Origin: Actinomycetota bacterium
GTDB lineage: Bacteria > Actinomycetota > Actinomycetes > S36-B12
Length of the DNA: 64,000 nucleotides
Direction of reading: 5' to 3'
Assembly: GCA_030645615.1 (NCBI GenBank)
Contig: JAUSNB010000035.1
Coordinates: forward strand, 96,987 to 160,986
The translations under genes and the position numbers were made by a program. The notes beneath the pieces were generated by a model, which saw only the letters and a list, made by a program, of their open reading frames with translations, ran no database searches and was not told the DNA's origin. Shown here piece after piece: positions 1-9,408 of this stretch (positions within the stretch are counted from its first letter, which is position 1; each line of letters opens with the position of its first letter).

Positions 1-170
1 AGCCCGTCCCGGATCACCGTCACGGGCGCCGCCAGGCCGGGCACCACGACCTCGCCGGACACCTGGGGGAACGACGCGCGCACGGTATGCAGTGCGTACA
101 GGCCAACCGCCCCGATGAGCAGGATCAGCAGCAGGCCGATGACCCCAAGGACCCGCCAGACCGCACGCAC
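1..170 (-). CDS. Penicillin acylase family protein, N-terminal part (runs off window)
   Basis: Manual translation: VRAVWRVLGVIGLLLILLIG...VRASFPQVSGEVVVPGLAAPVTVIRDG; TM helix followed by the typical acylase N-terminal motif. Confidence 0.75.
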   Translation of the reverse strand, partial: MRAVWRVLGVIGLLLILLIGAVGLYALHTVRASFPQVSGEVVVPGLAAPVTVIRDG

Positions 171-188
171 CTGCCGCACGCTAACAAC

Positions 189-560
189 TCATGACGCGGC
201 AAGGCCGGCAATTCGCCATGCCAGCATGAACGCCGCCACGCAGGCAGTGGGCAAGAGGGCGACCGACGCCCAGAACGCCACGCGCGCCTCCGGCCACAGC
301 CGCACGGTCTCCCAGGCGTAGCCGGAGAAGGTCGTGTAGGCGCCGCACAGGCCGACGAGAAGCAGGACCCTCAGGTCGCCGGTGGCCAGAGCGACCACGA
401 CGCCGGCGAGCGCCGAACCGGACGCGTTGACGGCGAGCAGCCCCCACGGGAATGCCCCCGCGCCGCCGGGTCGCGCGGTGCGCTCGGTCAGCCACCGGTC
501 CACCAGGAAGCGCAAGGGCGCGCCGACCGCGGCTCCGACGACGACGGCGAGCCAAGTCAT
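189..560 (-). CDS. crcB: Fluoride efflux channel FluC/CrcB (copy 2)
   Basis: MTWLAVVVGAAVGAPLRF...FPWGLLAVNASGS...GLCGAYTTFS motifs. Confidence 0.9.
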   Translation of the reverse strand: MTWLAVVVGAAVGAPLRFLVDRWLTERTARPGGAGAFPWGLLAVNASGSALAGVVVALATGDLRVLLLVGLCGAYTTFSGYAWETVRLWPEARVAFWASVALLPTACVAAFMLAWRIAGLAAS

Positions 561-919
561 CGTTGGCGCCCGATCGCCATGCCGGCCCTGACCGCGAGGA
601 GCCCGGCCGCCACGGTGGCCGCCACATAGGCGAGCGCCCACCCAGGCCGCCCGGCATCGAGCATCGAGCCGGCCTCGACGGCCAGGGCGGAGAAGGTCGT
701 GAATCCGCCGAGGATCCCGGTGATCACGAAGGGCCGCAGCGCTGGCTGATCCACCAGTTGGATGGCGACGATCCCGATGGCCAAGGCCCCGACGACGTTC
801 ACCAGGAACGTGGCCCAGGGCCACGCGTCCACGGGATGCTCGCCCATGGCCAGGGCCACCCCGTATCGGGCCGACGAGCCCAGGATGCCCCCGAGGGCGA
901 TCAGCAGCAGGCGGGGCAC
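557..919 (-). CDS. crcB: Fluoride efflux channel FluC/CrcB (copy 1)
   Basis: GGILGSSARY...WPWATFLVNVVG...GILGGFTTFS; tandem heterodimer arrangement; start approximate. Confidence 0.9.
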   Translation of the reverse strand: MPRLLLIALGGILGSSARYGVALAMGEHPVDAWPWATFLVNVVGALAIGIVAIQLVDQPALRPFVITGILGGFTTFSALAVEAGSMLDAGRPGWALAYVAATVAAGLLAVRAGMAIGRQR

Positions 920-969
920 GCGGGGAACGCTACGGCTGGTTTGCGCTGCCCCACCCCCTCGGGGCACAA

Positions 970-996
970 TTAGCACTCGGTACCGACGAGTGCCAG
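970..996. promoter_or_regulatory. CIRCE element (HrcA operator)
   Basis: TTAGCACTC-ggtaccgac-GAGTGCCAG versus consensus TTAGCACTC-N9-GAGTGCTAA, just upstream of the FmdB-family gene. Confidence 0.85.
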
Positions 997-1012
997 ACCG
1001 ACGGAGGACCCC

Positions 1013-1387
1013 TTGCCGACCTACGAGTACTCCTGCTCCTCGTGCGACACGCGGCATGAGGTCCAGCAGAAGATGACCGATGCCAGCCTGACCGACTGTC
1101 CGTCCTGCGGCACGTCGGGCCTGCGCAAGTTGTTCACCAACGTCGGCGTCGTGTTCAAGGGCAGCGGCTTCTACCGCAACGACTCGCGCGACAAGGGCTC
1201 GTCATCCGGCTCGGCATCGGACTCCTCCTCGTCGGCGAAGCCGTCCAGCGACTCCTCGAGCGCGTCCAGCAGCACCGATTCCTCGTCCTCGGGTTCCTCG
1301 TCCGCTGGCTCCAAGTCCGACTCGTCCGCTGGCTCGAAGTCCGGCTCGAAGTCGGCCAGCCCGGCCCCGGCGGCCGCTCCCGCCTAG
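1013..1387 (+). CDS. FmdB-family zinc-ribbon protein (Rv0991c-like)
   Basis: MPTYEYSCSSC...CPSCG...FKGSGFYRNDSR plus Ser-rich tail. Confidence 0.9.
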   Translation: MPTYEYSCSSCDTRHEVQQKMTDASLTDCPSCGTSGLRKLFTNVGVVFKGSGFYRNDSRDKGSSSGSASDSSSSAKPSSDSSSASSSTDSSSSGSSSAGSKSDSSAGSKSGSKSASPAPAAAPA

Positions 1388-1453
1388 ACCGGCGCCAGCC
1401 GGCCTGTGGACGGCCATTCGACCGCACCGGCGCGCGGCGCCTAGCGTCGAGCC

Positions 1454-1894
1454 GTGCGTTCCCTGGCCCCACGGCTGCCCCGGGTCGTCCGGCGGCATCG
1501 GCGTTCCGTCGCCGGCGTGCTGGCGGGGCTCGGCGTCCTGCTGGCGGTCGGGGCCATGAGGGCCGAGCCTGCGCCCCCGCCCACCCCGCCCGCCACCACG
1601 GCAGGCGCCGATCTCCGCGCGGGGGAAGTGGCCGTCCCCGCACTCCTTTCCTCAGCCGCCGTGGCGGCGCTGCTGTCCGTGGGCGACGTGGTCGACGTCA
1701 TCGGCGGCACGCCAGTCGCCTCGGTGCTGGCCCGCAACGCGCGAGTCCTCGGGATACCCGGATCCCCCGTGGGTGCCGCCGCCACCGCGGTCGTCGTGCT
1801 GGCGGTGCGCGAGTCGGAGGCACTCCCGGTCGGGCAGGCGGTGGGCGATGGCACCGTCATGGTGATCATCCGCTCGCGGGCCGCACGCCGGTAG
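1454..1894 (+). CDS. SAF/CpaB-like membrane-anchored protein
   Basis: N-terminal TM, LLSVGDVVDVI motif; conserved position between fmdB and mscL. Confidence 0.6.
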   Translation: MRSLAPRLPRVVRRHRRSVAGVLAGLGVLLAVGAMRAEPAPPPTPPATTAGADLRAGEVAVPALLSSAAVAALLSVGDVVDVIGGTPVASVLARNARVLGIPGSPVGAAATAVVVLAVRESEALPVGQAVGDGTVMVIIRSRAARR

Positions 1895-1937
1895 GCTCGC
1901 CGCGCTACGCCCGGCCGACCCACCGAGAGGACCAGAG

Positions 1938-2324
1938 ATGCTCAAGGGCTTCAAGGATTTCGTTATGCGCGGTAACGTGATCGACCTCGCGGTCGCGGTC
2001 GTGGTGGGCGCGGCGTTCGCGGCCCTGATCGGCGCGTTCTCGGCGGCGCTGATCATGCCGGTCATCGGCATCTTCCTGGGCGGGGGCATCTCGGCAGGAA
2101 CCATCGAGATCCGCGGGCAGGTCATCGACTTCACGATGATGATCAACGCGATCATCGTCTTCGCCATCACCCTGGCGGTCATCTACTTCGTCTTCGTCTT
2201 GCCGATGAACAAGCTCCGCGAGCGGGCGGCCCGCAACGCCGAGGTGACGGAGGAGGACACGCCGGTCGACATCGCACTGCTCACCGAGATCCGCGACCTG
2301 CTCAAGGCGCGCCAGGAGCCGTAG
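1938..2324 (+). CDS. mscL: Large-conductance mechanosensitive channel
   Basis: MLKGFKDFVMRGNVIDLAVAVVVGAAF...LLTEIRDLL. Confidence 0.97.
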   Translation: MLKGFKDFVMRGNVIDLAVAVVVGAAFAALIGAFSAALIMPVIGIFLGGGISAGTIEIRGQVIDFTMMINAIIVFAITLAVIYFVFVLPMNKLRERAARNAEVTEEDTPVDIALLTEIRDLLKARQEP

Positions 2325-2341
2325 CCGCTGCGCCCGGGTCC

Positions 2342-3706
2342 CTACGAGCCGTGGTGCGGCGGGACGTCAGCGCGCAAGCGGGCATCGGTGCTTCCGAAGC
2401 CGCCCGCTTCGTCGGAGGTGATGTCCGGCAGGAGGTCGGTGAGCGGGTCGGCCTTCACGCCGCGCAATGACCCCGCAGCGGAGAGCGCCTCGTCCATCGC
2501 CGCACCAATCCGGTGCAGTTCCACGCGCGTCGTGACGAACGGCGGCGACACCTGCAGCGAGCCGTCGACGAGCGGCCGCGTGATGACCCCGCGCTCACGA
2601 AGGCCCGAGACCACGCGGCCCAGGGCAGCCGGATCCTCGGCCAGCAGGGCCGGCTCCAGCTGCACAGCACCGAGCAGGCCCGCTCCGGTGCGCACCTGGG
2701 CGACCCAATCGTGCGCGCGCAGCGGCGCGAGGGCCGCCGTGAGGGTGAGCTGCGCGTCAGCCACCCGCCGAACGAGGCCCTCTCGGTCGATGATGTCGAG
2801 GTTCGCGAGCGCAACGGCCGCTGCCGAGGCGTGACCGGAGTACGTGTAGCCGTGCCGCCACACGCCGCCGGCCCAGAAGGGCTCGGCCACGCGACCGGCG
2901 ACGAGCACCGCGCCCATCGGCAGGTAGCCGGACGTGAGCCCCTTGGCGGTGAGCACCAGGTCCGGCTCGAGGCCCTCCGACGCGAACATCCGTCCCGTGC
3001 GCCCGTAGCCGGTGATGACCTCGTCGGCAATGAACAGCACGTCCCGTTCCCGGCATGCCTGCCGGACGGCCTCGAGGTACCCCGGTGGCGGCAGGTACAC
3101 CCCGCCCGCTCCGATGACCGGCTCGCAGAAGAAGGCCGCCACGCGCTCCGGGCCGAGGCCATCGAGCCGGGCGACCAGGTCGGCGGGATCGTCCCAGGCC
3201 ACGTGCGCCACCTGCGGATCCAGCGGCCCATGCCCCTCGCGGTTGGCGTCGATGCCGGCCAGTGACGTGCCGGCCAGGTGCATCCCGTGGTACGAGCGGT
3301 TGCGCGTCACGATGACGGAACGGTCCGGCTGGCCGAGCAGCGACCAGTAGCGCCGGGCCAGCTTGACCGCGGTGTCGACGGCATCGCTGCCGCCGCTCGT
3401 GAAGAAGACCTTTGCATCGGCCATGGGCGCCAGGCCGGCCAGCCGCTCGGCGAGGTCCAGGGTCGAGCGGGTGGCGAGGTCGCCGAAGTTGGAGTACGAC
3501 GCGATCGCGCGCATCTGCCTCGCTGCGGCCTCCGCGAGTTCGTCTCGGCCGTGGCCGACACTGCAGAACCACAGGCCCGCCGTCGCATCGAGGAACTCCC
3601 GGCCGTCCTCCGCGACCACCGTGCTGCCGTGGCCGGAGACGATGACCAGCTCGCGCCCCGCGACCAGGGCCATGTCGGCGAAGGGGTGCCAGAACGGGTG
3701 GCTCAC
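2342..3706 (-). CDS. Class III PLP aminotransferase (omega-amino acid type) with C-terminal extension
   Basis: FWHPF, SGGSDAVDTA, FIADEVITGYGRTG, TAKGLTSGYLPMG motifs. Confidence 0.9.
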   Translation of the reverse strand: MSHPFWHPFADMALVAGRELVIVSGHGSTVVAEDGREFLDATAGLWFCSVGHGRDELAEAAARQMRAIASYSNFGDLATRSTLDLAERLAGLAPMADAKVFFTSGGSDAVDTAVKLARRYWSLLGQPDRSVIVTRNRSYHGMHLAGTSLAGIDANREGHGPLDPQVAHVAWDDPADLVARLDGLGPERVAAFFCEPVIGAGGVYLPPPGYLEAVRQACRERDVLFIADEVITGYGRTGRMFASEGLEPDLVLTAKGLTSGYLPMGAVLVAGRVAEPFWAGGVWRHGYTYSGHASAAAVALANLDIIDREGLVRRVADAQLTLTAALAPLRAHDWVAQVRTGAGLLGAVQLEPALLAEDPAALGRVVSGLRERGVITRPLVDGSLQVSPPFVTTRVELHRIGAAMDEALSAAGSLRGVKADPLTDLLPDITSDEAGGFGSTDARLRADVPPHHGS

Positions 3707-3735
3707 GGCGCCAGCGTAGGGGGTAGTTTCGCTGC

Positions 3736-4854
3736 ATGGCCGGACGCGTCGTGCTGCTCGGCGCCACTGGCTTCACTGGCCGGCTGGCCGCGGAGGCGCT
3801 GGTGCGGGCCGGGCTGGCTCCGGTGCTCGCCGGCCGTTCCGAGGATGCCCTCGTGGCGCTGGTCGCGGACCTCGCCGGGCTCGGGCCGATCGATGCCGCT
3901 CCCACGTGGGAGCACGCTGACGCCTCCGACCCCGGGAGCATCCGGGACCTCGTGCGCTCCCCCGACGACGTGCTGGTCACGACCGTCGGGCCCTTCACCC
4001 GACTAGGTAGGCCGGCCCTTGAGGCGGCGATCGACCAAGGCTGCGCCTACGTCGACTCGACCGGCGAGCCGCCGTTCGTGCGAGCCGTGTTCGAGCGCGA
4101 TCATGAGCCCGCCCTGCGCCGTCGTGCCCGCCTGCTCACCGCGTTCGGCTACGACTACGTTCCCGGCAACCTCGCCGGGGCGCTCGCCCTGCAGGACGCC
4201 GGCGGCGCCGCCGTCCGCGTGGAGGTGGGGTACTTCGTGCGTGGTCCGATGGCGGCCAGCAGCGGCACCCGCGCCAGTCTCGCCGCGGTCGTGGCCGCAC
4301 GGCCCTTCTGCTTCCACGGCGGCCGCATTGCCGAACGGTCCAGCGGCGTGGTGGCCTTCGGCGTGGACGGCAGCCAGCGGTCCGGCATGCCGGTGGGGGG
4401 CTCGGAGCACTTTGCGCTGCCCCGCCTGAGTCCTGCGCTGCGCGAGGTCGGCGTGTACCTCGGCTGGGCCGGGCAGCTCACCCGAGCCGTCCACCTGTCG
4501 GCACAGGTCACCGCGCAGGCCAGGCGGATCCCACTGGTCGGGCCCGCCCTCGACGCGGGGGTGGCCTGGGCCGGCGGCTCGGCCACCGGCGTTGGCCCGT
4601 CCGCCCTCGAGCGCTCGGGCAGTGCCACCGTCGTCGTGGCGCGCGCCCTCGACGGGGTGGGCCGCGTGCTCGGCGAGGCGCTGGTCGAGGGTCCGAGTCC
4701 CTACGACCTCACGGCGGACCTGCTCGCCTGGGGCGCGGCGATGCTGGCGACCCGACGTGAGCTCGGCACGGGTGCACTAGGTCCGGCCGACGCCTTCGGC
4801 CTGACGGAACTGGTCGATGGCTGCGCCGCGATGGGCCTGGTCCGTGTCGGCTGA
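3736..4854 (+). CDS. Saccharopine dehydrogenase-like NAD(P)-binding oxidoreductase
   Basis: VVLLGATGFTG, TTVGPF, YVDSTGE, FGYDYVPG. Confidence 0.85.
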   Translation: MAGRVVLLGATGFTGRLAAEALVRAGLAPVLAGRSEDALVALVADLAGLGPIDAAPTWEHADASDPGSIRDLVRSPDDVLVTTVGPFTRLGRPALEAAIDQGCAYVDSTGEPPFVRAVFERDHEPALRRRARLLTAFGYDYVPGNLAGALALQDAGGAAVRVEVGYFVRGPMAASSGTRASLAAVVAARPFCFHGGRIAERSSGVVAFGVDGSQRSGMPVGGSEHFALPRLSPALREVGVYLGWAGQLTRAVHLSAQVTAQARRIPLVGPALDAGVAWAGGSATGVGPSALERSGSATVVVARALDGVGRVLGEALVEGPSPYDLTADLLAWGAAMLATRRELGTGALGPADAFGLTELVDGCAAMGLVRVG

Positions 4855-5851
4855 CACCGGGATCGCCAGGTGGACGGCGCTAGAGGAGTCGGACTGGCGC
4901 GACCGCCAGCGACGGCACCGGGAGCGCATCGAGCCGTGGATCGCGCCGCGGATGGCCCGTCGAGGCGTCGGGGCCACTCATGCGGTCGACGACTTCCTGT
5001 TCGACTACTACCCCTACTCGCCTGCGAAACTGCGCGCCTGGCACCCGGGTGCCGGCACCCTGCTCCTCGGCGATGCGCGCGAGTTCCTGGCCTGGCCCGC
5101 CTACGTCGAGCTTGACGACGGCATCGCGGCGTGCCGTCCGCTCGGCGGTGCAGCGGCCCGTCGCGTCAGGCTGGTGCGCCGGTTGCTGGAGTCGACGGGC
5201 AGCCGGCCCGCGCAGCTGGGCTGCTTCGGCCTGCACGAGTGGGCCATGGTCCACGGGCAGGATCAGGACGAGGTGCGGCACGCTGCGTTGCCGCTTCGGC
5301 TCTCGCCGGCCGCCATCGCCGCCACCGTCGCCGACCTGGGCCTTCGGTGCACCCACATCGACGCCTACCGCTTCTTCACGCAGACGGCGGTGCCCCTGAA
5401 CGCCTACGTGCCCACGCGGGACACCCAGCACGAGCTCGAGCAGCCTGGCTGCCTGCACGCGAACATGGACCTCTACAAGTACGCGATGTGGTTCTCGCCG
5501 TACGTCGGCAGCGAACTCGTCGCCGACTGCTTCGCGCTGGCCCGCATGGCACGCGAGCTCGACATGCGGGCAGCTCCCTACGACCTCAGCGACCTCGGCT
5601 ACGCGCCGATCCGCATCGAGACGCCCGCGGGCCGGCGCACGTATGCGGAGCAGCAGCGCGAGCTCGGCGTTGCCGCGATCCCACTGCGTGCCGCGTTGCT
5701 CGAGGCCTTGACCACCCTCGTCGAGTGGCCAGGCGTGGGGGCTCCAGCGGCCGAATCCACCGCCACAACTGGCCGCTCGCCGGTGGGTCAGCCGAGTACG
5801 GCGGCGAGTTCGGCGAGCCGGGCCGGCACGAGCGAGTACCAGGCCCAGTAG
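4844..5851 (+). CDS. Conserved actinobacterial protein often annotated 3-methyladenine DNA glycosylase
   Basis: DFLFDYY, GCFGLHEWAMV, CTHIDAYRFFT, EQPGCLHANMDLYK motifs. Confidence 0.75.
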   Translation: MSADTGIARWTALEESDWRDRQRRHRERIEPWIAPRMARRGVGATHAVDDFLFDYYPYSPAKLRAWHPGAGTLLLGDAREFLAWPAYVELDDGIAACRPLGGAAARRVRLVRRLLESTGSRPAQLGCFGLHEWAMVHGQDQDEVRHAALPLRLSPAAIAATVADLGLRCTHIDAYRFFTQTAVPLNAYVPTRDTQHELEQPGCLHANMDLYKYAMWFSPYVGSELVADCFALARMARELDMRAAPYDLSDLGYAPIRIETPAGRRTYAEQQRELGVAAIPLRAALLEALTTLVEWPGVGAPAAESTATTGRSPVGQPSTAASSASRAGTSEYQAQ

Positions 5852-6141
5852 CCCCTCTTCTCGCGGGTGACCAGCCCGGCGTCGACGAGCACCTTGAGGT
5901 GATGGCTCACGGTCGGCTGGCTCAGCCCGACCGCCTCGGTGAGGTCGCAGACGCAGGACTCGCAGTCCGCACCCGCGCGGATCAGCGACAGCAACTGCAG
6001 CCGGGCCGGATCCGCCACCGCCTTGAGCAGTCGGGCCAATTCCTCGGCGGTTGCCCGGTCCAGCGGAGTGGCCAGGCCGCCCGGGCAGCAGGCCGGGCCG
6101 GTGGGAAGCAGGGAGACTGCGGAGGACGAAGCGCGGGCCAC
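5788..6141 (-). CDS. arsR: ArsR/SmtB family repressor
   Basis: ACC, LKAVADPARLQLL, SCVCDL, LSQPTVSHHLKVL; divergent from ars genes. Confidence 0.9.
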   Translation of the reverse strand: MARASSSAVSLLPTGPACCPGGLATPLDRATAEELARLLKAVADPARLQLLSLIRAGADCESCVCDLTEAVGLSQPTVSHHLKVLVDAGLVTREKRGYWAWYSLVPARLAELAAVLG

Positions 6142-6184
6142 GGGTCTATATTGACATACATCGATCTGCTGTGCCAGCATCCAA

Positions 6185-6201
6185 ATCGATAACCATCGAT
6201 A
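6185..6201. promoter_or_regulatory. Probable ArsR operator (ATCGAT-aacc-ATCGAT) near a TTGACA promoter
   Basis: Palindromic element in the arsR/arsI intergenic region; TTGACA at 6151. Confidence 0.6.
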
Positions 6202-6211
6202 TGGAGGAACC

Positions 6212-6703
6212 ATGACCACAGCCACTCCCACGACGTCGCGGGTCCAGCTCGCCCTCAACGTCGCCGACCTCGAGGCATCCGTCGCCTTCTACTCGGCGGT
6301 CTTCGGCGTCGAGCCGCACAAGCGCCGCCCCGGCTATGCCAACTTCGCGATAGCCAAGCCGCCGCTGAAGCTCGTGCTGATCGAGGTCCCCGCCGACGAC
6401 CGGGGCACCGGCGCTGCCGGCGCGCTGAACCACCTCGGGGTGGAGGTGTTCGACGTGGCCGACGTGGCCGCGGCGAGCGACCGCCTGCGCGATGCCGGCC
6501 TGGCCACGTTCGACGAGGCCGACACCACCTGCTGCTATGCATTGCAGGACAAGGTGTGGGTGCACGACCCGGCCGGCACTCCGTGGGAGGTCTACGTGGT
6601 CAAGGACGACAACCCTGCCGACGCACGCCCGGCGTCCTCGTCGATTCCCCTGCTCGACGCGAGTGCCCCAACCCCCTGCTGCGCGAGCGCGCCGGCCTCA
6701 TGA
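6212..6703 (+). CDS. ArsI/CadI-family VOC metalloenzyme
   Basis: SRVQLALNVADL, LNHLGVEV, TTCCYALQDKVWVHDP. Confidence 0.9.
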   Translation: MTTATPTTSRVQLALNVADLEASVAFYSAVFGVEPHKRRPGYANFAIAKPPLKLVLIEVPADDRGTGAAGALNHLGVEVFDVADVAAASDRLRDAGLATFDEADTTCCYALQDKVWVHDPAGTPWEVYVVKDDNPADARPASSSIPLLDASAPTPCCASAPAS

Positions 6704-7782
6704 CCGACCCTGCGCTGGAGGACCCCGCCGAGCGCGAGGTCCTCCAGCGCATGTCCGGGCTCGACCGATTCCTGCCCGTGTGGATCGGGCTCGCGATGGT
6801 TGTCGGACTGCTGCTCGGGCGCCTGGTCCCGGGCTTGGACACCGGGCTGGAGGCGGTCAGGGTCGGGCAGACCAGCCTGCCCATCGCCATCGGTCTGCTC
6901 GCGATGATGTACCCGGTCCTGGCCCGCGTGAAGTACGAGGAGATCGGCCACATCACCGGCGACCGGCGCATGCTGTGGCTGTCCTTGCTGCTGAACTGGG
7001 TGATCGGTCCTGCGCTGATGTTCACCCTGGCGTGGGTCTTCCTCGCGGACGAGCCCGAGTTGCGCACGGGTCTCATCGTCATAGGCCTGGCCCGCTGCAT
7101 CGCCATGGTCCTCATCTGGAACGACCTGGCCTGCGGGGACCGCGAGGCCGGCGCACTGCTCGTGGCCGTCAACTCCGTCTTCCAGATCCTCGCCTACGCC
7201 ATCCTCGGCACGTTCTACCTCGCGATCCTCCCGGGCTGGCTCGGGCTGGACACGCAGGACGTCCAGTTCTCCACGTGGGATGTCACCAAGGCCGTCCTGT
7301 TCTTCCTCGGCATCCCGCTGCTCGCCGGGTTTGCCACGCGTCGCATCGGGGTAGCCCGCCGCGGAAAGTCCTGGTACGACGACGTCTTCGCCCCCCGCAT
7401 CGCTCCCATCGCACTATGGGGGCTGCTGTTCACGATCGTCGTGCTGTTCGCGCTCCAGGGCGAGACCATCACAAGCGAGCCGCTCGTGGTCGCGCTGGTC
7501 GCGGTCCCATTGCTCATCTACTTCGTCGTCATGTGGTTCAGCGCCATCCTCGCGTCGCACGCGATCGGCCTGCCCTACCCACGATCGGCCACGGTGGCGT
7601 TCACCGCGGCTGGCAACAACTTCGAACTGGCCATCGCCATCAGCATCAGCGTCTGGGGCATCACGTCGGGCCAGGCGCTCGCGGGCGTGATCGGCCCGCT
7701 CATCGAGGTTCCGGCGCTGGTCGCGCTGGTGTACGTGTCGCTCTGGCTGCGCCGCCGCTGGACGTGGGCGAAGCAGCCCTAG
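6700..7782 (+). CDS. acr3: ACR3-family arsenite efflux transporter
   Basis: LDRFLPVWI, GLARCIAMVLIWNDLACGD, GNNFELAIA, GPLIEVPAL. Confidence 0.95.
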   Translation: MTDPALEDPAEREVLQRMSGLDRFLPVWIGLAMVVGLLLGRLVPGLDTGLEAVRVGQTSLPIAIGLLAMMYPVLARVKYEEIGHITGDRRMLWLSLLLNWVIGPALMFTLAWVFLADEPELRTGLIVIGLARCIAMVLIWNDLACGDREAGALLVAVNSVFQILAYAILGTFYLAILPGWLGLDTQDVQFSTWDVTKAVLFFLGIPLLAGFATRRIGVARRGKSWYDDVFAPRIAPIALWGLLFTIVVLFALQGETITSEPLVVALVAVPLLIYFVVMWFSAILASHAIGLPYPRSATVAFTAAGNNFELAIAISISVWGITSGQALAGVIGPLIEVPALVALVYVSLWLRRRWTWAKQP

Positions 7783-7788
7783 CACGGA

Positions 7789-9174
7789 TCACCAGCGCGG
7801 CAGCGCCTTGCCGGGGTTGAGGATTCCCTGGGGATCCCACGCCGACTTGATCCGCTCGTGCAGGCCCGCCGCGACGGGGTCGAGCTCGAGGCCCAGGGCG
7901 CGCCGCTTGAGGTTGCCGATGCCGTGCTCGCCCGTGACGGTGCCGCCGAGTGCCAACGCGACGTCGAGGACCTGCTCGAAGGCGACCAGCGCACGCGCAG
8001 CCGCGTCGTGATCGCCGCGCGCGGTCAGGATCGTCGGGTGGAGGTTGCCGTCGCCGGCGTGCCCGAAGGTGCAGATGCGCACGTCGTTGGCCTCCGCGAC
8101 GTCCTGGATCCGCACCATGGCCTCCGCGAGCGCGGAGCGGGGCACCGCGATGTCGTCGAGCAGCCAGTCGCCCTGGGCCTCGATCGCCGGTATCGCCATG
8201 CGCCGGGCCCCCAGCAGCAGTTCGGACTCCACGGGATCGTCGGAGCGGTACGCCTCCGTGGCGCCGTGGCGCAGGCACAACTCGACCAGCCGGTCGGCCT
8301 CGATCATCGCTCCGCCGTGGGGCGCATCGGACTGGGCCACCAGCAACGCGCCCGCACCGGCATCCAGGCCCATGGGCTGCCACGCCTCGACGGCCGCGAC
8401 GGTCTGCTTGTCCATGAGCTCGAGCATGCTGGGCGTGAGTTCCTGCATCACCGATGCGACGGCCGCGCCGGCCGACCCGATGTCCGCGAACACCGCCACG
8501 GCCGTCGTTGCCGGCGGGGGCACCGGGCGCAGCCTCAGCCGGGCCATGGTCACGACGCCGAGGGTTCCCTCGCTGCCGACGACGAGGCCGGCAAGGTCGT
8601 AGCCGGCCACCCCCTTGACGGTCCGCCTGCCCAGCCGCGTGATTCGCCCGTCGGCCAACACCACCTCAAGCCCCAGCACCGCCTCGCGGGTGACCCCGTA
8701 CTTCACGCAGCACAACCCGCCCGCATTCGTGTTCACGTTGCCGCCGATCGAGCAGAAGTCCTTGCTCGCCGGGTCCGGGGCGTACCAGAGACCGTGGCCG
8801 AGGACGTGCTCGCGCAGGTCCGTGTTCAGCACGCCCGGCTGGGTCTCGACGAAGCCGTTGGCCACGTCGACATGGATCACCTCGCGCATGCGCTCCAGGC
8901 ACACGACCAGTGACCCGTCGATCGCGTTGCTGCCGCCCGAGAGCCCCGAACCGGCCCCTCGCGGCACGACGGGCACGCGGTGGGCGTGCGCGGCAGCGAG
9001 CACGGCCGACACCTGCTCGGCGCGTCGAGGGAACACGGCGGCGAAGGGCTCCCCCGCCGCGGACCCGGTGGACCTGTCACGCGAGTACGTCGGCAGGATC
9101 TCGTGATCGGTGACGATGTCACGCTCGTCGAGCACCGCCGCGCACGCGGCCAGGACCTCGTCCTCGGGGGTCAT
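7789..9174 (-). CDS. FAD-linked oxidase (GlcD/D-lactate dehydrogenase family)
   Basis: PRGAGSGLSGG, CSIGGNVNTNAGG, HAGDGNLH, GEHGIG, LNPGK. Confidence 0.9.
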   Translation of the reverse strand: MTPEDEVLAACAAVLDERDIVTDHEILPTYSRDRSTGSAAGEPFAAVFPRRAEQVSAVLAAAHAHRVPVVPRGAGSGLSGGSNAIDGSLVVCLERMREVIHVDVANGFVETQPGVLNTDLREHVLGHGLWYAPDPASKDFCSIGGNVNTNAGGLCCVKYGVTREAVLGLEVVLADGRITRLGRRTVKGVAGYDLAGLVVGSEGTLGVVTMARLRLRPVPPPATTAVAVFADIGSAGAAVASVMQELTPSMLELMDKQTVAAVEAWQPMGLDAGAGALLVAQSDAPHGGAMIEADRLVELCLRHGATEAYRSDDPVESELLLGARRMAIPAIEAQGDWLLDDIAVPRSALAEAMVRIQDVAEANDVRICTFGHAGDGNLHPTILTARGDHDAAARALVAFEQVLDVALALGGTVTGEHGIGNLKRRALGLELDPVAAGLHERIKSAWDPQGILNPGKALPRW

Positions 9175-9221
9175 CGGCGCATCACGCGAGCCATCCTGCC
9201 GGGACTAGACTCCTTCGGCAC

Positions 9222-9298
9222 GCCCTCGTAGCTCAGTCGGATAGAGCGACCGCCTCCTAAGCGGTAGGCCATGGGTTCAATTCCCGTCGAGGGCACCA
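9222..9298 (+). tRNA. tRNA-Arg (CCT), intact, contains attL
   Basis: GCCCTCG acceptor stem, D arm GCTC/GAGC, ACCGC-CTCCTAA-GCGGT anticodon arm, TTCAA T loop, encoded CCA. Confidence 0.97.
9254..9297 (+). repeat. attL core (44 bp)
   Basis: CTCCTAAGCGGTAGGCCATGGGTTCAATTCCCGTCGAGGGCACC identical to 49328-49371. Confidence 0.97.
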
Positions 9299-9344
9299 TC
9301 GCTGCCCCACAAACGATGGCGGCGCGGTCCTCGTACATCCGTTC

Positions 9345-9368
9345 GGGGTAGCCATTGGGGTAGCCATT
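9345..9368 (+). repeat. Tandem GGGGTAGCCATT x2, probable integrase arm-type sites
   Basis: The same tandem recurs at 49220-49241 near attR. Confidence 0.75.
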
Positions 9369-9408
9369 GACGACCCGCCGGTTCCCCGAATGGACCGGCG
9401 GCGGCGGC

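Noticed and set aside
970-996. Inverted repeat upstream of crcB as a fluoride riboswitch
   Set aside because: It matches CIRCE, which is expected upstream of Rv0991c-like genes; no fluoride riboswitch consensus was seen
5788-7782. ars cluster lacking arsC
   Set aside because: Common variation; arsC may lie elsewhere in the genome
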